In this document: positions 1-9,756 of the stretch, piece after piece | How the letters are laid out: each line of letters begins with the position of its first letter | Numbering within the stretch: position 1 is the first letter of the stretch | Source of the DNA: an uncultured Elusimicrobia bacterium | GTDB lineage: Bacteria > Elusimicrobiota > Elusimicrobia > FEN-1173 | Length of the DNA stretch: 64,000 bases | Assembly (NCBI GenBank): GCA_964484135.1 | Contig: CAZAEL010000001.1 | Coordinates: forward strand, 64 to 64,063 | Reading direction: 5' to 3' | Position numbers and translations under genes: made by a program | The notes under the pieces: model-generated | What the model saw: the letters and a program-made list of their open reading frames with translations, nothing else | Database searches by the model: none | Told to the model about the DNA's origin: nothing

Positions 1-16
1 AAACCGGGATTCGACG

Positions 17-343
17 ATGACCACGACCGAACAACCGACGCAGCAGAAGATCCGCATCCGCCTGCGGGCCTATGACCACCGCATGTTGGACGACTCCCTG
101 GCCAAGATCGTGGAAACGGCCAAGCGGACCGGGGCCACGCTGGCGGGGCCCGTCCTGCTGCCCACACAGATCAAGAAGTACACGGTGAACCGGTCGGTGC
201 ACAGCGACAAGAAGTCCCGGGAGCAGTTCGAGATGCGCGTCCACAAGCGGCTCATCGACATTTTGGAGCCCACGGCCAAGACCATCGAGGAGATGATGCG
301 GTTGGACCTGCCCGCGGGCGTGGACGTGGAAATAAAACTTTAG
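17..343 (+). CDS. rpsJ: 30S ribosomal protein S10
   Basis: The 108 aa ORF translation has the typical S10 length and sequence pattern ([16 protein letters not shown]...) and sits first in a canonical S10 operon order. Confidence 0.95.
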   Translation: MTTTEQPTQQKIRIRLRAYDHRMLDDSLAKIVETAKRTGATLAGPVLLPTQIKKYTVNRSVHSDKKSREQFEMRVHKRLIDILEPTAKTIEEMMRLDLPAGVDVEIKL

Positions 344-389
344 CGAAGGGCCAAGGGCAAAGAGCGAAAGCCAAAACCCGAAAAAGAAA

Positions 390-1178
390 ATGACCGAACA
401 ACAGGCGACACAAGAGAACGCGGCTCCGGCCGCTCCCGCTGAAAAACCGGCCGTGCCCCCGATCAAGGCCATCCTGGCCCGCAAGGTCGGCATGACCCGC
501 ATCTACGACGCCCAGGGCCGGTTCATCGCCGTGACGGTCCTGGAGGCGGGTCCCTGCTCCGTGGTGCAGGTGAAGACCCGGAACAACGACGGGTACGACG
601 CCCTGCAATTGGGTTTCGGCGCGGTGAAGGAGAAAAACGTGGACAAGGCCCTGCAAGGGCACTTCGCCAAGGCCCAGCTCGGCCCCGTCCGGTGGCTGCG
701 GGAGGTCCGCGTCCCCAAAACCGACGGTTTTCAGGCGGGGCAGGAAATCCGCGTCAGCCAATTTGCGGAGGGGGACGTGGTGGACGTGTCCGGCGTCAAC
801 AAGGGCAAGGGGTTCGCGGGCGTGGTCAAACGGCACCGTTTCCGCGGCGGTCCCCGCACCCACGGCCAGTCGGACCGGTGGCGCGCGCCCGGCTCCAGCG
901 GCGGCCAAAGGCCCCAAAAAGTTTTCAAGGGCATCCGCGGGCCCGGGCACATGGGCGCGGAGTGGTCCACGGTGCAAAGGCTGAAGGTGGTGCGCGTGGA
1001 GGCGGAACAGAACCTTCTTTTGGTGGAAGGGTCCGTGCCCGGTCCCAACGGGAATTGCCTGACCGTGCGCCAGACCAACCGCCCCTTGAAGGCCCGCAAG
1101 GCGGCTCCGGCGGCGGTCAAGCCCGCGGCCAAAAAAGCCGCGGCCAAGCCCGCGGCCAAAGCAGCGGAGAAAAAATAA
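390..1178 (+). CDS. rplC: 50S ribosomal protein L3 with Ala/Lys-rich C-terminal tail
   Basis: The L3 core (KVGMTRIYD...GFAGVVKRH) is recognisable. The N-terminal extension depends on the ATG chosen at 390. The C-terminus ends KAAPAAVKPAAKKAAAKPAAKAAEKK. Confidence 0.9.
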   Translation: MTEQQATQENAAPAAPAEKPAVPPIKAILARKVGMTRIYDAQGRFIAVTVLEAGPCSVVQVKTRNNDGYDALQLGFGAVKEKNVDKALQGHFAKAQLGPVRWLREVRVPKTDGFQAGQEIRVSQFAEGDVVDVSGVNKGKGFAGVVKRHRFRGGPRTHGQSDRWRAPGSSGGQRPQKVFKGIRGPGHMGAEWSTVQRLKVVRVEAEQNLLLVEGSVPGPNGNCLTVRQTNRPLKARKAAPAAVKPAAKKAAAKPAAKAAEKK

Positions 1179-1211
1179 CCGCGGCCATGCCGGGGTTATA
1201 ACGAGGACGAC

Positions 1212-1877
1212 ATGTCATTGACTTTGGATGTGATGAACGCGAAAGGCGAAAAAGCCGGTCAGGTGGACCTTCCCGAGGCGGTTTTCGGGGTCAAGGCCCC
1301 CGTGTCCCTCGTGCATGAGGTGGTGAGGGCCTATTTGGCCAACCGTCGGCGGGGGACCCACTCCACCAAGACGCGCGGCGAGGTGTCCGGCGGCGGGCTG
1401 AAGCCATGGAAGCAGAAGCACACGGGCCGCGCCCGGTCGGGCTCCACCCGCTCCCCGCTTTGGCGCCACGGCGGCATCATTTTCGGCCCCAAGCCCCACG
1501 GCTATTATCAGGCGGTTTCCACGGCCAAACGCCGGACCGCCTTGAAGGCCGTGTTGTCCGATTTCGCCCGGGAAGGCCGCCTGAAGGTGGTGGATTCTTT
1601 TGCGGTGTCCGAGCCCAAGACCAAGCGCGTGGCCGAAACCGTCAAGAAGCTGGGCCTGCCGGACAGGACGGTCCTGCTGGTGGATGAACGGGACCCCGTC
1701 CTTTTGCGCGCCGCCCGGAACATAGAGGGGTTGCGGATCTGCCGCGCCGACGATCTGAACAGCTATGACGCCCTTCAGGCCGAGCAGCTGGTCCTCACGC
1801 GGCCGGCCCTGGACCGGATCGTGAAACGGCTGGAAGAGCGTGAGCCTTCCGGCAAGGCGTCGGGAGGTGCGTCATGA
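1212..1877 (+). CDS. rplD: 50S ribosomal protein L4
   Basis: Translation matches the L4 family (GGGLKPWKQKHTGRARSGSTRSPLWRHGG) and the gene follows rplC. Confidence 0.95.
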   Translation: MSLTLDVMNAKGEKAGQVDLPEAVFGVKAPVSLVHEVVRAYLANRRRGTHSTKTRGEVSGGGLKPWKQKHTGRARSGSTRSPLWRHGGIIFGPKPHGYYQAVSTAKRRTALKAVLSDFAREGRLKVVDSFAVSEPKTKRVAETVKKLGLPDRTVLLVDERDPVLLRAARNIEGLRICRADDLNSYDALQAEQLVLTRPALDRIVKRLEEREPSGKASGGAS

Positions 1878-2173
1878 GCGGCGCGGAAGCCCTGGTGGGG
1901 ATTTTGAAGAAACCCATCGTCACGGAACGTTCCACGCTCCTCAAGGAGCAGAACAAATACGTTTTCGCGGTGGAACCGACCGCGACCAAGGGGCAGATCC
2001 GCGAGGCGGTGCAGGCCGCGTTCAAGGTGAACGTGTTGGCGGTCAACACCGCCCGCATGCCCGGCAAGCTGCGCCGCCGGGGCGCGCGGTTCGGGTACAG
2101 CTCGGACTGGAAGAAGGCCGTGGTCACGATCAAGGCCGGCCAACAGATCAAATACGCGGAACCGACGGCCTAA
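1874..2173 (+). CDS. rplW: 50S ribosomal protein L23
   Basis: The 99 aa product is L23-like and overlaps the rplD stop by 4 nt, giving canonical gene order. Confidence 0.93.
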   Translation: MSGAEALVGILKKPIVTERSTLLKEQNKYVFAVEPTATKGQIREAVQAAFKVNVLAVNTARMPGKLRRRGARFGYSSDWKKAVVTIKAGQQIKYAEPTA

Positions 2174-2188
2174 AAGAGGAACGCTCTC

Positions 2189-3028
2189 ATGCCCATGAAA
2201 GTCTATAAACCCTATACGCCCTCCCGCCGGTTCATCACGGTGGAGGACTTCTCCGACATCACGAAAAAGACGCCGGAGAAGTCCCTGCTTTCCCCTTTGC
2301 GGAAAAAGGGCGGACGGAACAACACCGGCATGATCATGATGCGGCACCGGGGCGGCGGCCACAAGCGCCAGTACCGGATGGTGGATTTCAAACGCGAGAA
2401 GTTCGGCGTGCCGGCCAAGGTCGCGGCCATCGAATACGATCCCAACCGGACCGCCCGGCTGGCCCTCCTGCATTACCGGGACGGGGAGAAGCGGTACATC
2501 CTGCACCCCGCCGGCCTCAAGGTCGGGGACATGGTGATGTCCGGCCCCAACGCGGAGATCAAGACCGGCAACGCCCTTCCCCTCACCAGCATCCCGGTCG
2601 GCACTTTCGTCCACAATGTGGAGATGGTGCCCGGCCTGGGAGGCCAGATGGTCCGGTCCGCGGGCGCTTCGGCCCAGATCATGGCCCGGGAAGGCGGATA
2701 CGCCCAGTTGAAGCTCCCTTCGGGGGAGATCCGCGTGGTCTCGGAAAAATGCCTGGCCACGGTGGGCCAGGTGGGCAACACGGAGCACGAAAACCGCACC
2801 ATCGGCAACGCGGGCCGCAACCGGCACCGGGGGTTCCGCCCCTACGTCCGCGGCACGGCCATGAACGCGGTGGACCACCCGCACGGCGGCGGACGGGGCC
2901 GTTCCAAAGGGAACAACCAGCCCCGGTCCCCCTGGAACCAGCCGGCCAAGGGGTACAAGACGCGCTCTCCCAAGCGGCATGACTGGATGATCGTGCGCCG
3001 GCGCACGGATTTGACGGAACAAGCTTAA
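2189..3028 (+). CDS. rplB: 50S ribosomal protein L2
   Basis: The 279 aa product carries the conserved L2 C-terminus ([13 protein letters not shown]...). Confidence 0.96.
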   Translation: MPMKVYKPYTPSRRFITVEDFSDITKKTPEKSLLSPLRKKGGRNNTGMIMMRHRGGGHKRQYRMVDFKREKFGVPAKVAAIEYDPNRTARLALLHYRDGEKRYILHPAGLKVGDMVMSGPNAEIKTGNALPLTSIPVGTFVHNVEMVPGLGGQMVRSAGASAQIMAREGGYAQLKLPSGEIRVVSEKCLATVGQVGNTEHENRTIGNAGRNRHRGFRPYVRGTAMNAVDHPHGGGRGRSKGNNQPRSPWNQPAKGYKTRSPKRHDWMIVRRRTDLTEQA

Positions 3029-3046
3029 GATCGGAGCTGATCAAAC

Positions 3047-3334
3047 ATGGGTCGTTCCACTTCAAAAGGTCCCTATGTGGACCAAAAACTCCTGGGCAAG
3101 ATCCAGAAGATGAAGCAGGGCGGGGAAAAGAAGGTGATCAAGACCTGGGCCCGGGCCAGCATGATCACGCCCGACTTCGTCGGGTTCACGCTGGCCATCC
3201 ACAACGGCAAAAAATTTCTGCCCGTGTACATTTCGGACCAGATGGTGGGCCACCGTCTCGGCGAGTTCGCCCCGACGCGGTTCTTCAAGGGCCACGGCGC
3301 GGCCCACACCAAGGAAGCGACGGCGCTGACCTGA
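3047..3334 (+). CDS. rpsS: 30S ribosomal protein S19
   Basis: The 95 aa product shows the S19 pattern (GPYVDQKLL...NGKKF). Confidence 0.95.
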   Translation: MGRSTSKGPYVDQKLLGKIQKMKQGGEKKVIKTWARASMITPDFVGFTLAIHNGKKFLPVYISDQMVGHRLGEFAPTRFFKGHGAAHTKEATALT

Positions 3335-3335
3335 C

Positions 3336-3677
3336 ATGGAAGCCACGGCCCATTCCCATTTCGCCCGTTACTCGTACCGCAAGGTCGGCCAGGTGTTGCG
3401 GCTGATCCGCGGAAAGTCCGTCCCCCAGGCCATGTCCATGCTGCCGTGGATCCCCCGCGTGTCGCGCGTGCTCGTGGAAAAGACCCTGAAGAGCGCGGTG
3501 GCCAACGCCGGCAAGGGGGTCAACCCCGCCCAGCTGCGCGTGGCCCAGGCCTGGGCGAACCACGGGCCGGTCCTGAAGCGCGTCCGCCCCATGGCCATGG
3601 GCGGACGGGCCATCTACAAAAGGAAGACGTGCCACCTGACCATCGTGGTCAGCGACGAACAAAGGAAGAAGGGCTAA
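3336..3677 (+). CDS. rplV: 50S ribosomal protein L22
   Basis: The 113 aa product is L22-like and follows rpsS. Confidence 0.93.
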   Translation: MEATAHSHFARYSYRKVGQVLRLIRGKSVPQAMSMLPWIPRVSRVLVEKTLKSAVANAGKGVNPAQLRVAQAWANHGPVLKRVRPMAMGGRAIYKRKTCHLTIVVSDEQRKKG

Positions 3678-3683
3678 AAATTT

Positions 3684-4532
3684 ATGGGCCAAAAAGTCTA
3701 TCCCAAAGGCGTGCGTCTCGGTTACATCAAGGACTGGGACTCCAAATGGTTCAACCCCCGGGAAATGCCGGCGTTGATCGAGGAGGACTTCAAGATCCGC
3801 GCTTTCCTGAAGGACCGTCTGAAGCTGGCCGCCGTGTCGAAGATCGGCATCGAGCGGACGGGGAAATACCTGCGCGTCAACGTGTTCACGGCCCGGCCCG
3901 GCATCGTCATCGGCAAGAAAGGGGCGGACATCGAGGGGCTCCGCACCGCGGTGGAGGCCATGACCGGCCGCAAGACCACCATCAACGTCATGGAGATCAA
4001 GCGTCCGGAGCTGGACGCCCAGCTGGTCGCCGAGGGCGTGGCCATGCAGCTGGAGAAGCAGATCGGTTTCCGCCGCGCCATGAAGAAGGCCATCGAGCGG
4101 GCCATGCAGAGCGGCGCCCTGGGCATCAAGATCCAGGTGGCCGGCCGCCTGGGCGGCGCCGAGATCGCCCGCACCGAGTGGCTCAAGGAAGGGCGCGTTC
4201 CCCTGCAGACCTTCCGGGCCGACATCGACTACGGGTTCACCGAGGCCCGCATCACCATGGGGACCATCGGCGTGAAGGTGTGGATTTTCCGCAAAGAGCT
4301 CTTCCAGAAGACGGACGCAGACCTGATGGACGAGGTCCGCGTCATCGAGAAGGAAAAGCTGGAGGAGCTGGCCAAACAGGCCGAGGCGGCGCCGGCGGAG
4401 CCCGCCGTCCTGCCGGTGGAGCCGGAGTCCGCGGTGGAGGAAATCGCGGAAAAGGTTCAGGAGGAGCTGTCCGAAGAGGAAGAGGAAGCCCGCCGCCGGA
4501 GCGAGGCCGAAGGCAAGGGAACCAAGGAATAG
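3684..4532 (+). CDS. rpsC: 30S ribosomal protein S3 with acidic C-terminal extension
   Basis: The S3 KH domain pattern is present, followed by a roughly 65 aa Glu/Ala-rich tail ([20 protein letters not shown]). Confidence 0.93.
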   Translation: MGQKVYPKGVRLGYIKDWDSKWFNPREMPALIEEDFKIRAFLKDRLKLAAVSKIGIERTGKYLRVNVFTARPGIVIGKKGADIEGLRTAVEAMTGRKTTINVMEIKRPELDAQLVAEGVAMQLEKQIGFRRAMKKAIERAMQSGALGIKIQVAGRLGGAEIARTEWLKEGRVPLQTFRADIDYGFTEARITMGTIGVKVWIFRKELFQKTDADLMDEVRVIEKEKLEELAKQAEAAPAEPAVLPVEPESAVEEIAEKVQEELSEEEEEARRRSEAEGKGTKE

Positions 4533-4553
4533 GGTCCTTTCGGAGAATATGCC

Positions 4554-4970
4554 ATGTTAATGCCGACGCGCGTCAAATATCGCAAGTCCCAGCGGGGCCG
4601 TCTGAAAGGGCGGTCCAAGGGCGGCACCACCATCGCCTTCGGGGAGTACGGCCTGCAGGCGCTGGAGGCCCACTGGATCACGGCCCGCCAGATCGAGGCG
4701 GCCCGCGTGAGCATCATGCGGTTCCTCAAAAAAGGCGGCAAGCTCTGGCTTCGGATCTTTCCGGACAAACCCGTGAGCAAGAAGCCGGCGGAAACCCGCA
4801 TGGGCAAAGGCAAGGGCGCCCCGGAGTTTTGGGTGGCGGTGGTCAAGCCCGGACGGATCATGTTCGAGCTGGAGGGCGTCACCACGGAGGTGGCCCGCGA
4901 GGCCATGACCCTGGCCGCCCACAAGCTCCCCATCCGGTGCCAATTCGTGGCCCGCGAGCACGCGGCCTGA
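4554..4970 (+). CDS. rplP: 50S ribosomal protein L16
   Basis: The 138 aa product is L16-like ([14 protein letters not shown]...); the true start may be the Met at 4560. Confidence 0.93.
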   Translation: MLMPTRVKYRKSQRGRLKGRSKGGTTIAFGEYGLQALEAHWITARQIEAARVSIMRFLKKGGKLWLRIFPDKPVSKKPAETRMGKGKGAPEFWVAVVKPGRIMFELEGVTTEVAREAMTLAAHKLPIRCQFVAREHAA

Positions 4971-4988
4971 GCGGAAGGATCTGACGAC

Positions 4989-5207
4989 ATGGCCAAAAAA
5001 GAAAAGGTGGATTACCGGCAATTGTCCGAGGATGAGTTGCGCCAGAAGCTGGCGGAGTCCAAGGAAAAACTTTTCCAGATGCGCTTTCAAAGCGCCACGG
5101 CGCCGCTCAAGAACCCCCATCAGATAGCGGCGACCCGCCGGGACATCGCCCGTATCCACACGATCCTGCGGGAGCGGGAGATCGCGGGATCGGCGAAGGC
5201 TTCTTGA
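4989..5207 (+). CDS. rpmC: 50S ribosomal protein L29
   Basis: The 72 aa helical product is L29-like and follows rplP. Confidence 0.9.
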   Translation: MAKKEKVDYRQLSEDELRQKLAESKEKLFQMRFQSATAPLKNPHQIAATRRDIARIHTILREREIAGSAKAS

Positions 5208-5260
5208 CGGGCGACAGGAATAATTCGGCCCCATTTGAGATCAGGAAAGAAGAGGAATTT

Positions 5261-5617
5261 ATGACGTCTCCGCAAACGGAAGAGCGATCCAAACGCAAGA
5301 CATTGGAAGGATGGGTCCTGAGCGACCGCATGGACAAAACGCGCGTCGTGAAGGTCGTCCGCCGCGTCCGTCACGCCCTCTATGAGAAGGTGTTGACGCG
5401 CACCACCAAGGTGTACGCGCACGACGAAAAGAACGAAACGCATGTCGGCGACCGGGTGGCCCTGGCGGAGACGCGGCCGCTTTCCAAATTGAAGCGCTGG
5501 CGGATCCTCCAGGTCCTTGAAAAGGCCCGGGTGAGCGAGACGGCCGTTGCCGACGGCGCCGCGGAATCCCGAAAACCGGTGAAATCCGCCCCGGCGGGCG
5601 CGGAGGCAAAAGCGTGA
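5261..5617 (+). CDS. rpsQ: 30S ribosomal protein S17
   Basis: The S17 core ([20 protein letters not shown]...) begins at an internal ATG at 5261 preceded by AGGAAAGAAGAGG. The ORF track starts 57 nt earlier at 5204, inside the rpmC stop overlap, which looks less likely. An Ala-rich C-terminal extension is present. Confidence 0.85.
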   Translation: MTSPQTEERSKRKTLEGWVLSDRMDKTRVVKVVRRVRHALYEKVLTRTTKVYAHDEKNETHVGDRVALAETRPLSKLKRWRILQVLEKARVSETAVADGAAESRKPVKSAPAGAEAKA

Positions 5618-5982
5618 TCCAGGAACGCAGCATTCTGCGGGTGGCGGACAATTCCGGCGCCCGGCGCGTGCGGGTCTTCCGCATGCTGGGAGGATCCGAC
5701 CGCCGTTATGCCTATTTGGGGGACGTGGTGGTCTGCTCCGTCCAGGACGCCCTGGCGGACTCCACCATCAAGAAGGGCGACGTCGTGAAGTGCGTCATCG
5801 TGCGCACCCGCAAAGAAAAGAGACGGCAGGACGGCTCCTACGTCCGTTTCGACGACAACGCCGGCGTGCTGATCGACGCCGAGGGGGAGCCGCGGGGCAC
5901 CCGCATCTTCGGGCCCATCGCCCGCGAGCTTCGGGAGCGCAATTATCTGAAGATCATTTCGCTGGCGCCGGAGGTCGTATAG
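5614..5982 (+). CDS. rplN: 50S ribosomal protein L14
   Basis: The 122 aa product matches L14 ([17 protein letters not shown]...) and overlaps the rpsQ stop by 4 nt. Confidence 0.96.
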   Translation: MIQERSILRVADNSGARRVRVFRMLGGSDRRYAYLGDVVVCSVQDALADSTIKKGDVVKCVIVRTRKEKRRQDGSYVRFDDNAGVLIDAEGEPRGTRIFGPIARELRERNYLKIISLAPEVV

Positions 5983-6010
5983 GAAGGGCATCGGCCCGCC
6001 TAAAAACGCT

Positions 6011-6322
6011 ATGCTTCACATCCGAAAAAAAGACAAAGTGGTTCTTCTGTCCGGACGGGACAAGGGCAAGCAGGGAGACGTGGTGGAAGTGGACCGGTCC
6101 AAGGGAAGGGCGCTGGTGGCCAAGACGAACTTCGTGAAAAGGCACACCCGTCCGACGCAAACCGAGCCCGGCGGCATCCGCGAGAAGGAGGCCTATGTTC
6201 CCCTTTCCAAGCTGATGCTGGTCTGTCCCAAGTGCAACCAGCCCACGCGGGCCAAGTTCGACGCGCTTTCCGACGGAACAAAGTCCCGCGTTTGCCGCCG
6301 TTGCGGCGAAATGATCGTCTAG
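6011..6322 (+). CDS. rplX: 50S ribosomal protein L24 (KOW) with C-terminal Cys4 motif
   Basis: The KOW motif (GDVVEV) and an L24-like core are present. The C-terminus carries CPKC...CRRC. Confidence 0.9.
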   Translation: MLHIRKKDKVVLLSGRDKGKQGDVVEVDRSKGRALVAKTNFVKRHTRPTQTEPGGIREKEAYVPLSKLMLVCPKCNQPTRAKFDALSDGTKSRVCRRCGEMIV

Positions 6323-6333
6323 GGGTTTACGAC

Positions 6334-6918
6334 ATGGCACCCGAATCCAAGAACGGTTACGTCCCGCGGCTCAAGACCGCCTATTTCCAGACCGTGGCGC
6401 CGGAACTGGCCAAGCGGTTCTCCATGAAGAACGCCATGCAGGCCCCGCGCCTGAAAAAGATCGTGGTCAACATGGGGGTTTCCGAGGCGCGGGAGAACAT
6501 CAAGGTCATCGACTTGGCCTCCCAGGAGCTGGGCGTGATCACGGGCCAGAAGCCGGAGGTCCGTCGGGCCAAGAAGTCCATTTCCAACTTCAAGCTGCGC
6601 GAAGGCATGCCGGTGGGGCTGCGGGTCACGCTGCGTGGGGACCGCATGTACGAATTTTTGGACCGGCTGGTGAGCGTCGCCCTTCCCCGGTTGAGGGATT
6701 TCCAGGGGCTGCCCGCCGGCAGCGGTTTCGACGGGCGGGGGAACTACAACCTGGGCCTGACGGAACAGTACCTGTTCCCCGAGGTGGACGCGGACAAGTC
6801 CGACAAGGCCCGCGGCATGAACATCACGATGGTCACCACGGCCAAGAAGGACGAGCTGGCCCGGGAGTTGCTGGTTCTGATGGGGATGCCGTTCAAAAAA
6901 GCGGCGGCAGGCAAGTGA
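6334..6918 (+). CDS. rplE: 50S ribosomal protein L5
   Basis: The L5 core starts at an internal ATG at 6334 ([17 protein letters not shown]...). The ORF-track start at 6232 lies inside rplX. Confidence 0.9.
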   Translation: MAPESKNGYVPRLKTAYFQTVAPELAKRFSMKNAMQAPRLKKIVVNMGVSEARENIKVIDLASQELGVITGQKPEVRRAKKSISNFKLREGMPVGLRVTLRGDRMYEFLDRLVSVALPRLRDFQGLPAGSGFDGRGNYNLGLTEQYLFPEVDADKSDKARGMNITMVTTAKKDELARELLVLMGMPFKKAAAGK

Positions 6919-6994
6919 CGGGACGCGAGCCGCAAAACCGGTTCCGGCCCCCCGCCGCCCGCCGCAAGACATTCGTGACTTTTATCGGAGGTTT

Positions 6995-7183
6995 TTGATG
7001 GCCACCATTTCAGCCATGGCAAAGATGCGGCGGGCCCAAAAGTACGCCGTGCGTTTCCGCAACCGTTGCCGCCTCTGCGGGCGCCCGCGGGGATTCTACC
7101 GGGACTTCGGTCTCTGCCGGATTTGTTTCCGCCAGCTGGCCCTGCGGGGAGAGATCCCCGGCGTCGTCAAATCGAGCTGGTAG
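6995..7183 (+). CDS. rpsN: 30S ribosomal protein S14, zinc-binding short (type Z) form
   Basis: The product is about 61 aa with CRLCGRP...CRIC and a C-terminal GVVKSSW, matching the type Z S14 form. Confidence 0.9.
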   Translation: MMATISAMAKMRRAQKYAVRFRNRCRLCGRPRGFYRDFGLCRICFRQLALRGEIPGVVKSSW

Positions 7184-7268
7184 GCGCGTCCGCGGTTTTC
7201 GACCCCCTGTTTTCGGCCGGGCATCAAAGGATCGTCGGTCATCAATCTGAAAATGAGGAGCCTGTGAA

Positions 7269-7664
7269 ATGAGTTTTGATCCCATCGGCGACATGTTCGC
7301 CATGCTGTCGAACGCCAATCATAAGTTCAAGGAGCGGGTGGACCTGCCCGCTTCGGGCGTCAAGAAGGAAATCGCCAGGCTCCTCAAGGACGAGGGGTAT
7401 ATCGCGGATTACAAGCTTTTGGCGGACCGCCGGCAGAAGATCCTGCGGCTGTTCTTGAAATATACGCCGGACAAAACGCGCGTGATCCGCGGGATCAAGC
7501 GCGTGTCCCGCCCGGGGCTCCGCATCTATCGCGGGTCCGAAGACCTGCCCCGGGTGGAAGGCGGCTTGGGGGTCTCCATCGTTTCCACCTCGAAGGGCGT
7601 GATGACGGACAAGCAATCGCGCAAGGCGGGCGTGGGCGGAGAAGTTTTGGGGTACGTCTGGTAA
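7269..7664 (+). CDS. rpsH: 30S ribosomal protein S8
   Basis: The 131 aa product is S8-like (DPIGDMFAMLSNA...). Confidence 0.95.
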   Translation: MSFDPIGDMFAMLSNANHKFKERVDLPASGVKKEIARLLKDEGYIADYKLLADRRQKILRLFLKYTPDKTRVIRGIKRVSRPGLRIYRGSEDLPRVEGGLGVSIVSTSKGVMTDKQSRKAGVGGEVLGYVW

Positions 7665-7694
7665 GGGTTCCCGGAAAGAAAAAGGAACGTTCAT

Positions 7695-8270
7695 ATGAGC
7701 CGTTTGGGAAGAAAACCGGTTTCCATTCCTGAGAAAGTCAAGGTGTCCGTCGCGGGTTCCTCCGTCGCCGTGGAGGGGCCCTTGGGGAAGCTGACGCGCG
7801 AGTTGCCCGAGGGCATCCAGGTCCAGGTGCAGGACAAGGCCCTCCTGGTCACCCGCGCCAGCGACAGCGCGCGGCATAAGTCCCTTCATGGGACGCTGCG
7901 CAAGGTGCTTTTGAACATGGTGGAGGGCGTGGCCAAGGGGTTCACCAAGGAATTGCGCATCGAGGGAGTGGGCTACCGCGCCCAGCTGGCCGGGGAAAAG
8001 CTGAGCATGCAGCTGGGTTACTCCCACCAGGTGGATTACGTCGTCCCCAAAGGGATCAAGGTCACGGTGGACGCCAAGCAGACGGGGATCGCCGTGCAGG
8101 GGGCGGACAAGCAGATGGTCGGGCAGGTGGCCGCGAAAATCCGGGAGTTCAAGCCCCCGGAACCGTACAAAGGGACGGGCATCCGGTACGCCGATGAACA
8201 CATCCGCCGCAAAGCCGGCAAAGCCGCGGTGGGCGCGGCCGGCGGCGGCGCCGCAGGAGCGAAAAAATGA
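7695..8270 (+). CDS. rplF: 50S ribosomal protein L6
   Basis: The 191 aa product is L6-like with a Gly/Ala/Lys C-terminal tail. Confidence 0.93.
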   Translation: MSRLGRKPVSIPEKVKVSVAGSSVAVEGPLGKLTRELPEGIQVQVQDKALLVTRASDSARHKSLHGTLRKVLLNMVEGVAKGFTKELRIEGVGYRAQLAGEKLSMQLGYSHQVDYVVPKGIKVTVDAKQTGIAVQGADKQMVGQVAAKIREFKPPEPYKGTGIRYADEHIRRKAGKAAVGAAGGGAAGAKK

Positions 8271-8632
8271 GCATGGTCGGCATCGCAGAACGGCATCGAT
8301 TCCGCAGGCTCAGGGTCCGCCGGAAGATTTTCGGCACGGCGGAGCGTCCGCGCCTTTCCGTAAGGCGCTCCTCCAAGCACATCTACGCCCAGCTTATCGA
8401 CGACACCCAGGGGCGCACGCTGGCCGCGGCCTCCAGCCTGGACGCGGACCTGCGCAAATCTTTGAAGACCGGCGCCGACCAGGCGGCGGCCAAGGCCGTG
8501 GGCAAGCTGTTGGCGGACCGGGCCAAGGCGGCGCACGTGGGGAAGGCTGTTTTCGACCGCGGCGGCCGGCCCTATCATGGCCGCGTCAGAGCGGTGGCCG
8601 AAGGCGCCCGCGAGGGCGGACTGCAGTTTTAG
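8267..8632 (+). CDS. rplR: 50S ribosomal protein L18
   Basis: The 121 aa product is L18-like and overlaps the rplF stop. Confidence 0.92.
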   Translation: MSMVGIAERHRFRRLRVRRKIFGTAERPRLSVRRSSKHIYAQLIDDTQGRTLAAASSLDADLRKSLKTGADQAAAKAVGKLLADRAKAAHVGKAVFDRGGRPYHGRVRAVAEGAREGGLQF

Positions 8633-8635
8633 AAA

Positions 8636-8682
8636 CCGTGTCACGCGACGCGTGACACGTCATACGTGACACGATACCCAAA
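8636..8682. promoter_or_regulatory. Palindrome and direct-repeat element (GTGTCACGCG/CGCGTGACAC, then CGTGACACG twice) between rplR and rpsE
   Basis: The sequence cgtgtcacgcgacgcgtgacacgtcatacgtgacacg contains a perfect 11-bp inverted repeat plus a repeated GTGACACG. Confidence 0.35.
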
Positions 8683-8691
8683 GGAGTCCAT

Positions 8692-9186
8692 GTGGCGCGA
8701 ATCGATCCGACGGATTTGAATTTGAAAGAGACCGTGGTGGCCATCAACCGGGTGGCCAAGGTGGTCAAGGGCGGAAAGCGTTTTTCCTTCAACGCCCTGG
8801 TGGTGGTGGGGGATCAGGCCGGGCATGTGGGCGCGGCCATGGGGAAGGCCAAAGAGGTGCAGGCGGCCATCCAGAAGGCGGTTTCGCACGCGAAGAAGAA
8901 CTTGATCAAGGTCCCTCTGGCGGGGGGCACCATCCCCCACGAGATCACGGGGATTTTCGGCGCGGGCACGGTCCTGCTCAAACCCGCGGCCCCGGGCACC
9001 GGCGTTATCGCCGGAGGGAGCGTCCGCGCGGTGTTGGAAGCGGTGGGGGTGAGGGACGTTCTCACCAAGTCCCTCCGGACCGCCAACCCTTTTAACGTGG
9101 TGTACGCCACCCTTGAGGCGCTGAAAAACCTCAGGACCAAAGAAGACGTGGCCCGCATCCGGAACAAAGAAGTGGCCGCGGTCTAA
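8692..9186 (+). CDS. rpsE: 30S ribosomal protein S5
   Basis: The 164 aa product is S5-like ([18 protein letters not shown]...). Confidence 0.95.
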   Translation: MARIDPTDLNLKETVVAINRVAKVVKGGKRFSFNALVVVGDQAGHVGAAMGKAKEVQAAIQKAVSHAKKNLIKVPLAGGTIPHEITGIFGAGTVLLKPAAPGTGVIAGGSVRAVLEAVGVRDVLTKSLRTANPFNVVYATLEALKNLRTKEDVARIRNKEVAAV

Positions 9187-9230
9187 GAAGACCGCTTCCG
9201 CGACCATCTCCCGAGCAGAACGAGGATGAC

Positions 9231-9722
9231 ATGCTAAGACTGAACGGATTGAAGCCGGCGCCCGGTTCCCATCACCGCCGCAAGATCGTGGGGCGGGGCG
9301 AAGGAAGCGGCCACGGCGGCAAGGGGTCCACCCGGGGTTTCAAGGGCCAGACGGCCCGTTCCGGCGACAAATCCATGCCTCCCGGTTTCGAGGGCGGGCA
9401 GGTTCCCCTCATCCGCCGCATCCCCAAACGGGGCTTCAACAACGCCGCTTTCCGGAAAGAGTTTTCCCTGGTCAACGTGGGGGCGCTGGAGGAGCGGTTC
9501 GGCGCCAACGCCGCGGTCTCGCCGGAGGCGTTGCGCTCGGCCCGGCTTGTCCGCCGGGACGGGCTGGTCAAGATTTTGGGCGACGGCGAGCTGACGAAGC
9601 CGCTCGCGGTGAAGGCCCATGCTTTTTCAAAGAGCGCGGAAGAAAAAATCCGCAAGGCGGGGGGGACGGTTGAAAAGATCGGCGACAGGTTGCGGGCGGC
9701 CAGCGACAAGCCGAATGCCTGA
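9231..9722 (+). CDS. rplO: 50S ribosomal protein L15
   Basis: The 163 aa product is L15-like ([13 protein letters not shown]...[16 protein letters not shown]). It follows rpsE directly, with no L30 gene between them. Confidence 0.93.
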   Translation: MLRLNGLKPAPGSHHRRKIVGRGEGSGHGGKGSTRGFKGQTARSGDKSMPPGFEGGQVPLIRRIPKRGFNNAAFRKEFSLVNVGALEERFGANAAVSPEALRSARLVRRDGLVKILGDGELTKPLAVKAHAFSKSAEEKIRKAGGTVEKIGDRLRAASDKPNA

Positions 9723-9756
9723 CCTTCGCCGCCTGTCCCGCGCCGCCGCCTTTTAA

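Noticed and set aside
252-3022. Long minus-strand ORFs (252..977, 731..1159, 1775..3022, 2679..3065) that overlap rplC, rplD and rplB.
   Set aside because: Their translations are Arg/Gly/Pro/Ala-rich low-complexity sequence typical of antisense frames in GC-rich DNA. They overlap well-conserved ribosomal protein genes on the + strand.
3446-4984. 512-aa + strand alternative-frame ORF spanning rpsC and rplP.
   Set aside because: It is out of frame with recognisable S3 and L16 genes, and its translation is a Gly/Arg/Pro/His repeat with no domain features.
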